Assembly: GCA_034933205.1 (NCBI GenBank)
Contig: JAYFNY010000044.1
Location: forward strand, 19,564 to 83,563
Length of the DNA: 64,000 nucleotides
DNA from: Eubacteriales bacterium
GTDB lineage: Bacteria > Bacillota > Clostridia > Christensenellales > CAG-138
Direction of reading: 5' to 3'
Both the position numbers and the translations under genes were made by a program. The notes below the pieces were generated by a model. It searched no databases, was not told where the DNA came from, and saw only the letters and a program-made list of their open reading frames with translations. Shown piece after piece: positions 1-9,052 of the stretch; the stretch's first letter is position 1, and every line of letters begins with the position of its first letter.

Positions 1-1905
1 GTGATTCGAACTTCCGGGCAGAGCCATTTCGATGGACTGATCGAAGGGACCCCGCAGGGAAGCGGCGGCGTACCGATTTCCAGAAAACAGGTGCGCGCGC
101 AGCGAAAGGCGCTCGATCTGATTGAGGACGAGGTGGGAAGGCCGATCAACTATCATAGTTACGTCAGCGGTGTAGCCGGGCCGGACATTGCCGTTATGTT
201 TGCCGAGGAAGGCGTTAACGGCTGTCATCAGGATCCGCAGTATAACGTGATCTATCGTAATATCAATATGGTGCGCTCGTTTGTGGATGCGGCGGAAAGC
301 AAGAAACTCATCGCCTGGGCGAACATGGCGCAGATCGACGGCGCGCACAATGCAAACGCGACTGCAAGGGACGCCTGGAAAGTTATGCCGGAACTCATGG
401 TTCAGCACGCGATCAATGCGTTATTCAGCAGGAAAGCCGGCGTACCGAAAGAGAATATCTGTCTTTCCACCGTGCCGCCGACCGCAACGCCAGGACCTTG
501 CGTTTATATGGACCTGCCCTATGCGGTCGCTCTGCGCCGACTCTTCACCGGTTACCGCATGCGGGCACAGATGAACACGAAGTATATCGAATCAAGCACG
601 CGGGAAGCAACGGTAACGCATGTATTGAATATGCTTGTGAGTAAACTTACCAGTGCGGACATCCAATCCACCATCACACCGGATGAGGGACGAAACGTTC
701 CCTGGCATATCTACAACATTGAAGCCTGCGATACCGCCAAACAGACGCTGGTCGGGTTGGATGGGCTGATGGACATGGTGCAACTGAAGAAGGAAGGATA
801 TCTGGAAGAAAAAGCGCGTGAGCTGACGGAGCGGGCGGTGCTGTTCCTGGAGGAAATGGTAGAAAAGGGCGGTTATTTTGCCGCCGTTGAAAGCGGAATG
901 TTCGTGGACAGCGGGCTTTTCCCGGAGCGTAACGGGGACGGGATCGCGCGAAAGCCGGAAGGCGGTATTGGAGCCGGTACGGTTGTTCAGCGGGAACCGG
1001 ACTATATGGCGCCTGTTACCGCGCACTTTGGATACAATAACGTTTTGCAGTATGGCGGCGATCCGGACGATCCTGCGGCGCTCATTGGCGGCTGCACGCT
1101 TGAAAGGCCTGAGAAGATTGTCTATATCGACGAGCTGGATGAAGACGACAATGTGTATCTTCGTATGGACGCGGTCAAAGAGTTCGCGCAGCCGAATGCA
1201 AAGAAAATGAAACCGGAGATGGAATGGCTTGCGGACGGAACGGTGTTGCTGACGCTCTGCTTTCCCGCAGAAAAGAGAATCGCCGAGGCGGCTGCAATCG
1301 AGTGTGCGCGGCGTATGGGGCTTAAGGAGATCGCGGTAATCTCGCGCGAGATTTTACATCGCGCGGAAGGTACGCGTATCGAGCTGAAAGGGAAAGTCGA
1401 TTTCAATATCGATGTCGATTCGCTTGTGATTCCGCCCGATCCGGATGTTCTGGACGAGGACGAACTGCGCGCCGCGATCGAGAAAACGCCGCTGCGTGTT
1501 GTCTGCGGTACGATTGGTGAGGACGAGCACTCAGTAGGGCTTCGCGAGATCATCGATATCAAGCACGGCGGCATTGAAAAATATGGCGTCGAGGTGCATT
1601 ATCTCGGCACATCCGTTCCGCCGGAAAAACTTGTTGGTGCGGCGATTGAACTCAATGCGGACGCAATGCTTGCTTCCATGATTATTTCGCACGATGACAT
1701 CCATTATAAAAACATCGCTCGGATCGATCAGATTGCGCGGGAGATGGGCGTTCGGGACAAACTGATTTTCATAGCTGGCGGAACGCAGGTTGAGGCGGAA
1801 GCTGCGAGAGCGGCTGGCGCGGATGCGGGTTTCGGAAGAGGCACGCACGGTAATCACGTGGCGACTTTTCTGGTAAAAGAACGGGAACGTCGCAGAGGAC
1901 GATAA
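1..1905 (+). CDS. oraE: D-ornithine 4,5-aminomutase large (E/beta) subunit, 5'-truncated by window edge
   Basis: ORF is open to base 1. Long blocks match the Clostridium sticklandii OraE sequence as I recall it (RKQVRAQRKALDLIE, QIDGAHNANATA, STITPDEGRNVPWHIYNIEACDTAKQ, IELKG). C-terminal B12-binding DxHxxG motif (DEHSVG, nt 1522-1539). Confidence 0.85.
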   Translation: MIRTSGQSHFDGLIEGTPQGSGGVPISRKQVRAQRKALDLIEDEVGRPINYHSYVSGVAGPDIAVMFAEEGVNGCHQDPQYNVIYRNINMVRSFVDAAESKKLIAWANMAQIDGAHNANATARDAWKVMPELMVQHAINALFSRKAGVPKENICLSTVPPTATPGPCVYMDLPYAVALRRLFTGYRMRAQMNTKYIESSTREATVTHVLNMLVSKLTSADIQSTITPDEGRNVPWHIYNIEACDTAKQTLVGLDGLMDMVQLKKEGYLEEKARELTERAVLFLEEMVEKGGYFAAVESGMFVDSGLFPERNGDGIARKPEGGIGAGTVVQREPDYMAPVTAHFGYNNVLQYGGDPDDPAALIGGCTLERPEKIVYIDELDEDDNVYLRMDAVKEFAQPNAKKMKPEMEWLADGTVLLTLCFPAEKRIAEAAAIECARRMGLKEIAVISREILHRAEGTRIELKGKVDFNIDVDSLVIPPDPDVLDEDELRAAIEKTPLRVVCGTIGEDEHSVGLREIIDIKHGGIEKYGVEVHYLGTSVPPEKLVGAAIELNADAMLASMIISHDDIHYKNIARIDQIAREMGVRDKLIFIAGGTQVEAEAARAAGADAGFGRGTHGNHVATFLVKERERRRGR

Positions 1906-1906
1906 T

Positions 1907-3268
1907 ATGAAAGCCGACGTTCTGATTGCGGAAATCGGATCGACGACAACGCTTGTCAACGCGTTTGACGATCTGGAGGGTGCACCGCGCTTTCTAGGGC
2001 AGGGGCAGGCGGCGACCACGGTTCTGGAAGGGGACGTTCGCGTCGGCCTGTGCAATGCGATCGCCGACCTGTCGGAGAAACTTGGCGCAGAAAAGTTGGA
2101 ATATGGCGCAATGCTTGCCTCATCCAGCGCGGCAGGCGGTCTGAAGATGTGCGTTCACGGTCTGGTCTACGACATGACGGTTCATGCGGCTCGGGCGGCT
2201 GCGCTCGGCGCGGGAGCGATTGTACGGCAGACCACGGCAGGCAAACTCACAGGCGCGGACCTTGCCGAACAGCGGTTGATACAGCCAAACCTCATTCTCC
2301 TTGCAGGCGGGACGGACGGCGGCGAACGGGAAACCGCATGTTACAACGCGGAGCTTCTTGCAGCCGAAGGAACGGGAGCACCGGTTTTGTACGCCGGCAA
2401 TGCACAGAATCAAAACGCAGTCCAGGCTATTTTTAAACGTGCGAACGTACCATGCTATATTACGGAAAACGTATATCCCAAGCTGGATGAACTGAATATC
2501 GAACCGGTGCGGAAGGTCATCCATGCAGCGTTCGAGAAGCATATCGTTCAGGCGCCGGGCATGGAACACATCCGGGAAATGGTAACGGGCGCAATTCTGC
2601 CTACCCCGGGAGCCGTTATGGAGGCAGCGCTGCTTCTTTACGAGGAACTGGGCGATCTGATCGTACTCGATATCGGCGGCGCTACCACAGACGTGCATTC
2701 GGTAACGAAAGGTTCGGAGGAGATCGCGCAGCTTATGACCGCGCCGGAACCGTTTAACAAACGTACGGTGGAAGGCGATCTTGGCCTTTTTATCAATGCG
2801 CGCAGACTGATTGATCTCATTGGTGAAGAAAAGCTCAACAGGGAGCTTTCGCTGAATGTTGCGAATGTAATGGCGGATTATCGTCCGATTCCGGAATCGC
2901 CGGAACAGCTTTGCTTAACGGCGCGGCTGTGCCTGGAAGCAGGGTTGACGGCGATTTCACGCCACGCGGGAAAGATCAGGCATTACTACACGCCGCAGGG
3001 CCGCGCCAGAGCCGCGCAAGGGAAAGACCTCTCGCAGGTGAAAACGTTGATTGCCACAGGAGGTGCGTTGACACACCTGCCGGAACGGGAAAAAATCCTG
3101 CGACAGCTTGCAGACAGCAATATAAGCGGTGCAATGCTCTACCCGAAACCGGGCGAAATGCGTCTGGCGTTTGACGAACAGTACGTGATGGCTTCCATCG
3201 GCGTTCTTTCCAAAACGAATCCGAAAGCGGCGAAAACGCTATTGAGCGATACGCTCCGCTTTCTATAA
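1907..3268 (+). CDS. GlmL/MutL-like aminomutase reactivase (glutamate-mutase accessory family)
   Basis: 453 aa, ATG 1 nt after the oraE stop. N-terminal ADVLIAEIGSTTT and a later LDIGGATTD, the ASKHA-type phosphate motifs typical of GlmL-like proteins. Sits between oraE and the racemase, as in known ornithine clusters. Confidence 0.65.
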   Translation: MKADVLIAEIGSTTTLVNAFDDLEGAPRFLGQGQAATTVLEGDVRVGLCNAIADLSEKLGAEKLEYGAMLASSSAAGGLKMCVHGLVYDMTVHAARAAALGAGAIVRQTTAGKLTGADLAEQRLIQPNLILLAGGTDGGERETACYNAELLAAEGTGAPVLYAGNAQNQNAVQAIFKRANVPCYITENVYPKLDELNIEPVRKVIHAAFEKHIVQAPGMEHIREMVTGAILPTPGAVMEAALLLYEELGDLIVLDIGGATTDVHSVTKGSEEIAQLMTAPEPFNKRTVEGDLGLFINARRLIDLIGEEKLNRELSLNVANVMADYRPIPESPEQLCLTARLCLEAGLTAISRHAGKIRHYYTPQGRARAAQGKDLSQVKTLIATGGALTHLPEREKILRQLADSNISGAMLYPKPGEMRLAFDEQYVMASIGVLSKTNPKAAKTLLSDTLRFL

Positions 3269-3294
3269 TAAAGACGAATCGAAAGGCCGATTGT

Positions 3295-4365
3295 ATGGCA
3301 ATCTATCCGCAGATTTGCGCCGACTTGAAAAAAATCAAACACAATGCAGATATGCTCTGCTCGCTCTGCGCCGAAAATGGCATTTCCATTGCGGCGGTCA
3401 CAAAGGTTGTCTGCGCGGACGAGAGGATTGCGGAGGTTTTAGAAAACAGCGCGGCAACGATGCTGGCCGATGCTCGAACGGAGAATCTGCTGCGTCTTCG
3501 CACAAAGAAACCAAAGCTGCTGCTTCGCGCCCCATCCCCGGATGAAGCGGAGGAAACGGTTAAAATTGCCGACATCAGTCTTGTTTCTGAAATCGATACG
3601 ATTCATGCTTTGGGCAGCGCCGCAAGAACGGCCGGAAGAACGCATTCGATTATTCTGATGATCGATTTGGGCGATCTGCGCGAAGGATTGTTGTTTCTGA
3701 ATCGGGAAGAGATCTTTCGGGCGGCGGATGCAGCAAAAAAGGAGGAAGGGATCGACCTCATTGGAGTTGGCACAAACCTTACCTGCTATGGCGCGATTAT
3801 TCCGGACGAGAACAATCTTGGCGAACTTTGCCGCATTGCAAACGAGCTTCGCGCACATACCGGACTGCCACTCCCGATTGTTTCCGGAGGGAATTCCAGC
3901 TCGTTGGGATTGCTGAAACGGGGGATGGTTCCGGATGGGATCAATCATCTGCGGCTCGGGGAATCGATTTTGCTTGGCAGCGACACTGCCGCATGCCGCG
4001 TGATGAACGGGTTATATGGGGATGCGTTCACGCTTTCGACAAAGCTGATCGAAGTACAGCGAAAACCATCCGTACCGATTGGTGAAAGCGGCGCAAACGC
4101 ATTCGGAGAGCATCCGACTTTTGAGAGCCTCGGCGAACAGGTCCGCGGTATTTGCAAAATAGGCCGGCAGGATACGGTCGCAGACGGGCTTACGCCTCGC
4201 GATCCCGAAGTAAAAATCATCGGCGCCAGTTCCGATCACTTAATTGTGGATTTGACACGTGCAAAACCGTATCGCGTAGGCGATATCCTGGATTTTACGC
4301 CGGATTACGGCGCCTTGCTTCGGGCGTATACCAGCGCGTATGTCCACAAGACCTATGTGGGATAA
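3295..4365 (+). CDS. orr: ornithine racemase (alanine-racemase-fold PLP enzyme)
   Basis: 356 aa. N-terminal alanine-racemase-like barrel with candidate PLP lysine in AAVTKVV. Size and position downstream of oraE/reactivase fit Orr. Confidence 0.65.
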   Translation: MAIYPQICADLKKIKHNADMLCSLCAENGISIAAVTKVVCADERIAEVLENSAATMLADARTENLLRLRTKKPKLLLRAPSPDEAEETVKIADISLVSEIDTIHALGSAARTAGRTHSIILMIDLGDLREGLLFLNREEIFRAADAAKKEEGIDLIGVGTNLTCYGAIIPDENNLGELCRIANELRAHTGLPLPIVSGGNSSSLGLLKRGMVPDGINHLRLGESILLGSDTAACRVMNGLYGDAFTLSTKLIEVQRKPSVPIGESGANAFGEHPTFESLGEQVRGICKIGRQDTVADGLTPRDPEVKIIGASSDHLIVDLTRAKPYRVGDILDFTPDYGALLRAYTSAYVHKTYVG

Positions 4366-4413
4366 TCCCTAGATTTCATGTCGAGAGAATAAAGCAAAAA
4401 TAGGAAACAAAAC

Positions 4414-4440
4414 GGACGGAGATTCTCCGCCTGATTTTTT
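4414..4440. terminator. weak bidirectional hairpin between convergent orr and deoR-family gene
   Basis: gacggag-att-ctccgcc followed by tgatttttt on the plus strand. On the minus strand, a 7-bp stem followed by a T-rich tract. Confidence 0.4.
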
Positions 4441-4460
4441 ATCCTCACATCCGGCTATCA

Positions 4461-5231
4461 TTATGGTTCGGCTTGAATACAGATTACGCCGTTTGCCTTT
4501 GCTTCGGCGGCTACTTCCGGGGGCAGCGCGGTGTCGCAAATAATGGTATCGATATCGGCGAGCGTAGCGAACGTGAACGGAAGTGACCGGCCAATCTTCG
4601 AGGCGTCCATCAGCATTACGACCTTTGCGGCTTTCGCAATCACTGCGCGTTTCAGCATGCTCTCGCTCTGCGACCCGCTGGTAAAACCATTTCGCTGGGA
4701 AAAGCCGGATGGGGCCATAAGGGCAAGATCGATATTGATGCTGGATATGAACTGCTCCGCTTGCGTACCGGAGCAGGAGAGCGTATTCTCGCTGATTTGC
4801 CCTCCGGTGAGCAATACGTCGCAAGTATGCCGCTGGGACAGTTCAATGGCGATATTCGCTCCGCTTGTGATAATGGTGTAGCGGTCGTTATTCATGTGAT
4901 TGGCGAGCGCCATCAGCGTACTGCCGGCGTCAAGGTAAACTGCATGTCCGGGATGGATATATTGCAAAGCGGCTTTGGCGATTGCGATCTTTTGACGGAT
5001 GTTCTCCCGCGCGCGCTTACTGTATACGCCTTCGATCTGCAGCGAGGATGACTGCATCGAGATTACGCCGCCGTGCACGCGGCGGATAAAACCCTGCTCC
5101 TCAAGCTGCTTCAGATCGCGCCAGATCGTCATGGAGGAATAGCCGGCATAGAGGCTTTGCAGCTCGGAAACGCTGACTTCGCCGCGCGACTGAATATAAT
5201 CGCGTATTCTGGAAATCCTTTCGTTCATCAT
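4461..5231 (-). CDS. DeoR-family transcriptional regulator
   Basis: 256 aa. N-terminal winged HTH (RISRIRDYIQSRGEVSVSELQSLYAGYSSMTIWRDLKQLEEQG) plus C-terminal DeoR sugar-phosphate-binding domain. SD GGAGGG upstream. Confidence 0.85.
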   Translation of the reverse strand: MMNERISRIRDYIQSRGEVSVSELQSLYAGYSSMTIWRDLKQLEEQGFIRRVHGGVISMQSSSLQIEGVYSKRARENIRQKIAIAKAALQYIHPGHAVYLDAGSTLMALANHMNNDRYTIITSGANIAIELSQRHTCDVLLTGGQISENTLSCSGTQAEQFISSINIDLALMAPSGFSQRNGFTSGSQSESMLKRAVIAKAAKVVMLMDASKIGRSLPFTFATLADIDTIICDTALPPEVAAEAKANGVICIQAEP

Positions 5232-5259
5232 ATGTGGTCAACCCTCCTATATAACAATA

Positions 5260-5288
5260 ATTATAACGCAAATGTTAAAAAACAACAA
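5260..5288 (-). promoter_or_regulatory. putative sigma-A promoter of the DeoR gene (TTGTTG-17-TATAAT)
   Basis: Read on the minus strand: ttgttg, 17 nt, tataat, about 25 nt upstream of the SD/ATG. The -35 overlaps the small palindrome AACAA-gta-TTGTT (5284-5296). Confidence 0.45.
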
Positions 5289-5348
5289 GTATTGTTTTCG
5301 ATATATCAGTATTTAATGAGCGTTTTGTATGAATGCGGTGAAAATATA

Positions 5349-5383
5349 ACAAAAGTTCCGCTGATTCACAGCGGAACTTTTGT
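5349..5383 (-). terminator. rho-independent terminator after the PfkB kinase gene
   Basis: Perfect 15-bp stem acaaaagttccgctg / cagcggaacttttgt with a 5-nt loop. Followed by TATATTTTC on the minus strand. Confidence 0.75.
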
Positions 5384-5395
5384 ATTTCAGTTGGT

Positions 5396-6349
5396 TTAAT
5401 TCCCGATACGACGTTGAATCTCTGCCAGCTGAGGCATGGCGGGAATACCGCCGCGGCGCTCGACGCATAAAGAAGCGGTTGCATTGCCGAATCGGGCAAA
5501 ATCCGCCGCGTCGTCAAGCTGAATCTCACGCAATGATTTTCCCGAGGAAAGGAACCGGTAGAGGAAACCGCCAAAGAACGCGTCGCCTGCGCCCGTGGTG
5601 TCGATTGCTTCGGAACAAAATCCTGGGACAAGCCGAAAATCCTGACCCACCCGGATAAAGGCGCCTTTCGCGCCAAGCGTAATGGCAATCAACTTGACGC
5701 CCTGTTCTACGAGACTGTCCGAAGCTTTATGGGGATCGGTTTCCCCGGTCAGGAGGGGAAGCTCTTCATCGGAAACTTTGATGATGTCCGCCGTACAGAT
5801 CAGAGAACGCATCGAGCGGACTGCCTCCGCCTCGCTGTTCCAGAGCGACGCACGATAATTTGGATCATACGAAATGATCGCTCCGGCGTGCTTTGCAAGA
5901 TCGATTGCTTCATACGTCGCCGAACGGGATGGCTCCTGCGTTAAAGAGAGCGATCCGGTGTGGAAGACACGCGTATCGGCCAAAAGATCGCGGTCCAGTT
6001 CATCCGCACGAAGCTGCGTGTCCGCGCCCGGTTTCCGGGCAAAAGAAAATTCACGTTCGCCGTTGGGTTTCAAGGCGACAAAAGCGAGCGTGGTGAACAC
6101 GTCGTCCGCTTCGATCAGAGCGTGCATATCGACGCCGGCGTCGATCATGGACTGCTTCAGAAACGCGCCGTGCATATCTTTTCCAACTTTACCGATGAAT
6201 GCGGTTTTCGCGCCGCACTTGGCCGCTGCGCAGACGAGATTGGTAACCGCGCCGCCCGGATTTTGCTCAAACAGGCGCATACCGGCAGGGGATATACCGT
6301 TCGCCGTAAAATCGACCAATAACTCGCCGAGAGAAACGATATCGTACAT
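5396..6349 (-). CDS. PfkB-family carbohydrate kinase (probable fructokinase)
   Basis: 317 aa. N-terminal GELLVDF...GGAVTN motif and C-terminal DTTGAGDAF motif typical of the ribokinase/fructokinase family. Confidence 0.8.
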   Translation of the reverse strand: MYDIVSLGELLVDFTANGISPAGMRLFEQNPGGAVTNLVCAAAKCGAKTAFIGKVGKDMHGAFLKQSMIDAGVDMHALIEADDVFTTLAFVALKPNGEREFSFARKPGADTQLRADELDRDLLADTRVFHTGSLSLTQEPSRSATYEAIDLAKHAGAIISYDPNYRASLWNSEAEAVRSMRSLICTADIIKVSDEELPLLTGETDPHKASDSLVEQGVKLIAITLGAKGAFIRVGQDFRLVPGFCSEAIDTTGAGDAFFGGFLYRFLSSGKSLREIQLDDAADFARFGNATASLCVERRGGIPAMPQLAEIQRRIGN

Positions 6350-6447
6350 AAATACTCCTTTTCAGAGAATAAAATTGAATATAATTCTTTTCGACTACGT
6401 GTAATCCAGCGTCGGCGTATTTACAATCCGGATACAATGGGTAACGA

Positions 6448-7461
6448 TCAGTACTCATCTGCGCAATAACAAATCTGCTCCGAAAACAAATTCGGAAACG
6501 GGAGATATCCGCAAAGAAACTGCATCAGCCGTCCGGTGGAAAGGGAATGCGCAGGTTTTGTGTATACACGGTTCCCTTTGCAATCGAATACACCGTTGTT
6601 CCATGGCAACGTTTCGTCAAAGACTTCTATTGTGGAAGGTGTGGGTTCGATGCAAAGTGCCCGAAGAAGAAGCGGTACGTCGATCGGAATGATTACCCCC
6701 CACGGAGTAAGCTGCCCCGGTAAAGGAATGTCCGGCGGAAGCTTTACGACCGTGTTTCGGGGCAGGCGCGATACGAGCCCTGTATAAGCGGAAGACGATG
6801 CGGCGAGCGTTTCCTCGCAATACAACGTGCCGTCCTTCTCCAGCGTAGCAAAAAGATAACCGTCCGGTAAGCCGCCCGTCGTATGGAGCAGAAAACGGGT
6901 TCCGTCGCTCGTAAGGTCCAGAATCCGATTTTCCATATCGGAAACGGATCGAATCACGCAACCGTTATAACGATTCGTCGCCTGCTCATAAACAGAAAGC
7001 AGGGCAGAGGCGGAAGGTACCGCATCCCAAGAAACCGGCGTCGGCGGATCGCACTCGCGCGTATGAAACAGGGCGTCGTAACAGGGGTATTCGCCGATTG
7101 CACGATAGATGGAGAAGTGCGAAGGATGGTGAAACGCCAGCGGGATGCCGCGTTTCCTGCATTCCAAAAACTGGGCATACAGAACTTGCTTCATGAGCCC
7201 GCGGCCCTCATAACCCGGCATTGTCGCAACACCGGAGACCATCAGCGAGGGGAGAATGACGCCGCGAATACGAAGTTGCATGAGAAAGCCGTGCGCGATG
7301 CTCACGATATGGCCGTCCTCCACCGCACAAAACGATGTTTCCGGGGAGAAACGATTCGTAAAAAACCAATCAATAAAGGAAAGGGAGTCGTGAAAACGCA
7401 ACTCCCAAATCTTCTTCGCTTCGTCGAAATCGGTTGTTGAAAGGGGACGAATCGTAACCAT
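6448..7461 (-). CDS. Eis-like GNAT acetyltransferase with C-terminal SCP2-like domain
   Basis: 337 aa. GNAT core (GVATMPGYEGRGLMKQV) followed by a long C-terminal extension, as in the Eis/COG4552 architecture. Starts 8 nt after the pgi stop. Confidence 0.6.
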   Translation of the reverse strand: MVTIRPLSTTDFDEAKKIWELRFHDSLSFIDWFFTNRFSPETSFCAVEDGHIVSIAHGFLMQLRIRGVILPSLMVSGVATMPGYEGRGLMKQVLYAQFLECRKRGIPLAFHHPSHFSIYRAIGEYPCYDALFHTRECDPPTPVSWDAVPSASALLSVYEQATNRYNGCVIRSVSDMENRILDLTSDGTRFLLHTTGGLPDGYLFATLEKDGTLYCEETLAASSSAYTGLVSRLPRNTVVKLPPDIPLPGQLTPWGVIIPIDVPLLLRALCIEPTPSTIEVFDETLPWNNGVFDCKGNRVYTKPAHSLSTGRLMQFLCGYLPFPNLFSEQICYCADEY

Positions 7462-7469
7462 ACTCGCGA

Positions 7470-8900
7470 CTAAATTATGAATTTTTCGTTCTTTTCCGGG
7501 ATGGAGGCAAGCTCGGTACGCTTTTCATCATAGCCGGGCTTTCCGAGCAATGCATAGGTCGCTTTTTTCCCTTCCTCCACGCCTGGCTGATCAAACGCGT
7601 TGATATTAAGCAGCTCGCCGGCAAATGCCGTGGCCAGTTCAAAGAAGAAGAGCAGCTGTCCAACCGTAAACGCGTTGACTTCCGGCAGCCGGATCGTATG
7701 ATTCAAATGCCCGCTCTTGCTGACGGCATATTCCGTTGCGCGGAATTCCGCCGCGATCAACTCGTTCTGCGTGTGTCCGCAAAGGAACGAGACATCCGGA
7801 ACGTCGAAGTATCCGTCGCTGATCATGGTTTCGCTGCGGTAACGACCTACCGCCAAGAAAGTGATGATCTTATCGAACGGACCTTCCGTGTAGAGCTGCA
7901 CTTGCGAATGCTGGTCGGTCACGCCGAGGCTCTTAACCGGAGTTTGTCCCGCGTTGACAATGCTTCCGTCCCAATCCGTCTTTTTACCGAGGGATTCGGC
8001 CCAAAGCTGGGCATACCAGTCCGCCATGTATCGAAGGGAGTCCGCGTAGGGCATCATAACGCTGATATTGCAGCCGCGCTTCATGCCAACGATCTGGAGC
8101 GCTGCGAGCATGAATGCGGGGTTTTTCCAAACGTCCCGCTGGCCGTCGCAGATTGCGTCCATATATGCCGCGCCTGCCAGAAGCTCGCGAATGTCAATTC
8201 CGCAAACGGCCGCTGCCAGAAGACCGACAGGACAGAGTTCGGAAAAACGTCCGCCGACGCCTTCCGGAATGAAATAAGTCTTCAGGTTCTCGGAGCGCGC
8301 GATCTTGATAAGGTTTCCTTTGCTCTCATCCGTTGTGGCGATTAAGTGTGTACTGATGTCGGCTCCGAGTTTTTCATGAAGCATGGAGGATACGATCAGC
8401 AGCTGGCTCATCGTTTCGGAGGTTCCGCCGGATTTACTGATCACGTTGAAACAGGTTTTTTCCACATCGATCACGTCAAGCAAGGCGGCCATACGTTCCG
8501 GATCGATATTGTCTTCCACAAAAAGGCGGGGACCTCCGCGCTTTTCATGCGGCAGATCGTTATAATGCAGATGGTTCAGCGCCTGCTGCACGGCGATGGG
8601 GCCAAGCGCGCTTCCGCCGATACCCAACACGACGAAATCATCGAATGTTTCTCGAATACGAGCTGCGTCCTCAAGAATGGATTTGACGATTTCATCCTGA
8701 TTATAGGGCAGTTCCCGCCAGCGCATGATCGGGCGCTTTGCGCGCATACTTGCTACGGCCGCGTCGAGCTGCTGCTGCATGCCTTCCAGCTCGCGGCGGT
8801 AGATGCCACGGTTGCCCAGCTGGTCGGACATCATGTTGTTAAAATCCAGGCGAAGACGCATGGATTGGCGCCAGGATTCATCCGTATAACGTTCCATCAT
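7470..8900 (-). CDS. pgi: glucose-6-phosphate isomerase
   Basis: Bacillus-type PGI motifs (VVLGIGGSALGP, ISKSGGTSET, GGRFSELCPVGLL). Start moved to ATGATG at 8900, which follows GGAGG plus 7 nt. The upstream 28 codons in the ORF track have no support. Confidence 0.9.
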   Translation of the reverse strand: MMERYTDESWRQSMRLRLDFNNMMSDQLGNRGIYRRELEGMQQQLDAAVASMRAKRPIMRWRELPYNQDEIVKSILEDAARIRETFDDFVVLGIGGSALGPIAVQQALNHLHYNDLPHEKRGGPRLFVEDNIDPERMAALLDVIDVEKTCFNVISKSGGTSETMSQLLIVSSMLHEKLGADISTHLIATTDESKGNLIKIARSENLKTYFIPEGVGGRFSELCPVGLLAAAVCGIDIRELLAGAAYMDAICDGQRDVWKNPAFMLAALQIVGMKRGCNISVMMPYADSLRYMADWYAQLWAESLGKKTDWDGSIVNAGQTPVKSLGVTDQHSQVQLYTEGPFDKIITFLAVGRYRSETMISDGYFDVPDVSFLCGHTQNELIAAEFRATEYAVSKSGHLNHTIRLPEVNAFTVGQLLFFFELATAFAGELLNINAFDQPGVEEGKKATYALLGKPGYDEKRTELASIPEKNEKFII

Positions 8901-8933
8901 AAAAAAACCTCCAATCGGCCTTGAGATTCCTAC

Positions 8934-8972
8934 AGAACGAAACATGAGAACGAAACAGATTAACGTTCGTTC
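8934..8972 (-). repeat. two direct 11-nt repeats plus one inverted 7-nt core in the pgi upstream leader
   Basis: AGAACGAAACA at 8934-8944 and 8947-8957. Inverted GAACGAA core at 8966-8972. Confidence 0.6.
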
Positions 8973-9052
8973 ATCTATTTCCAAACAGAATCGCTACTAC
9001 TTATACTAACATATTATAAGTCGCCGGAAAAGCGTACTTCACAAAACCACAG

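Noticed and set aside
7470-8984. N-terminal extensions suggested by the ORF track for pgi, and similarly for pcrA, rsmB, gmk, rpe, der, rdgB, the AcnX subunits, asd and dapA.
   Set aside because: In each case an internal ATG/GTG preceded by a GGAGG-like SD (or, for rdgB, by an extended -10 box 6 nt upstream with no SD) coincides with the canonical family N-terminus. For asd the start is chosen on the canonical N-terminus alone, since no SD is visible. The upstream codons overlap neighbouring genes or have no signal.
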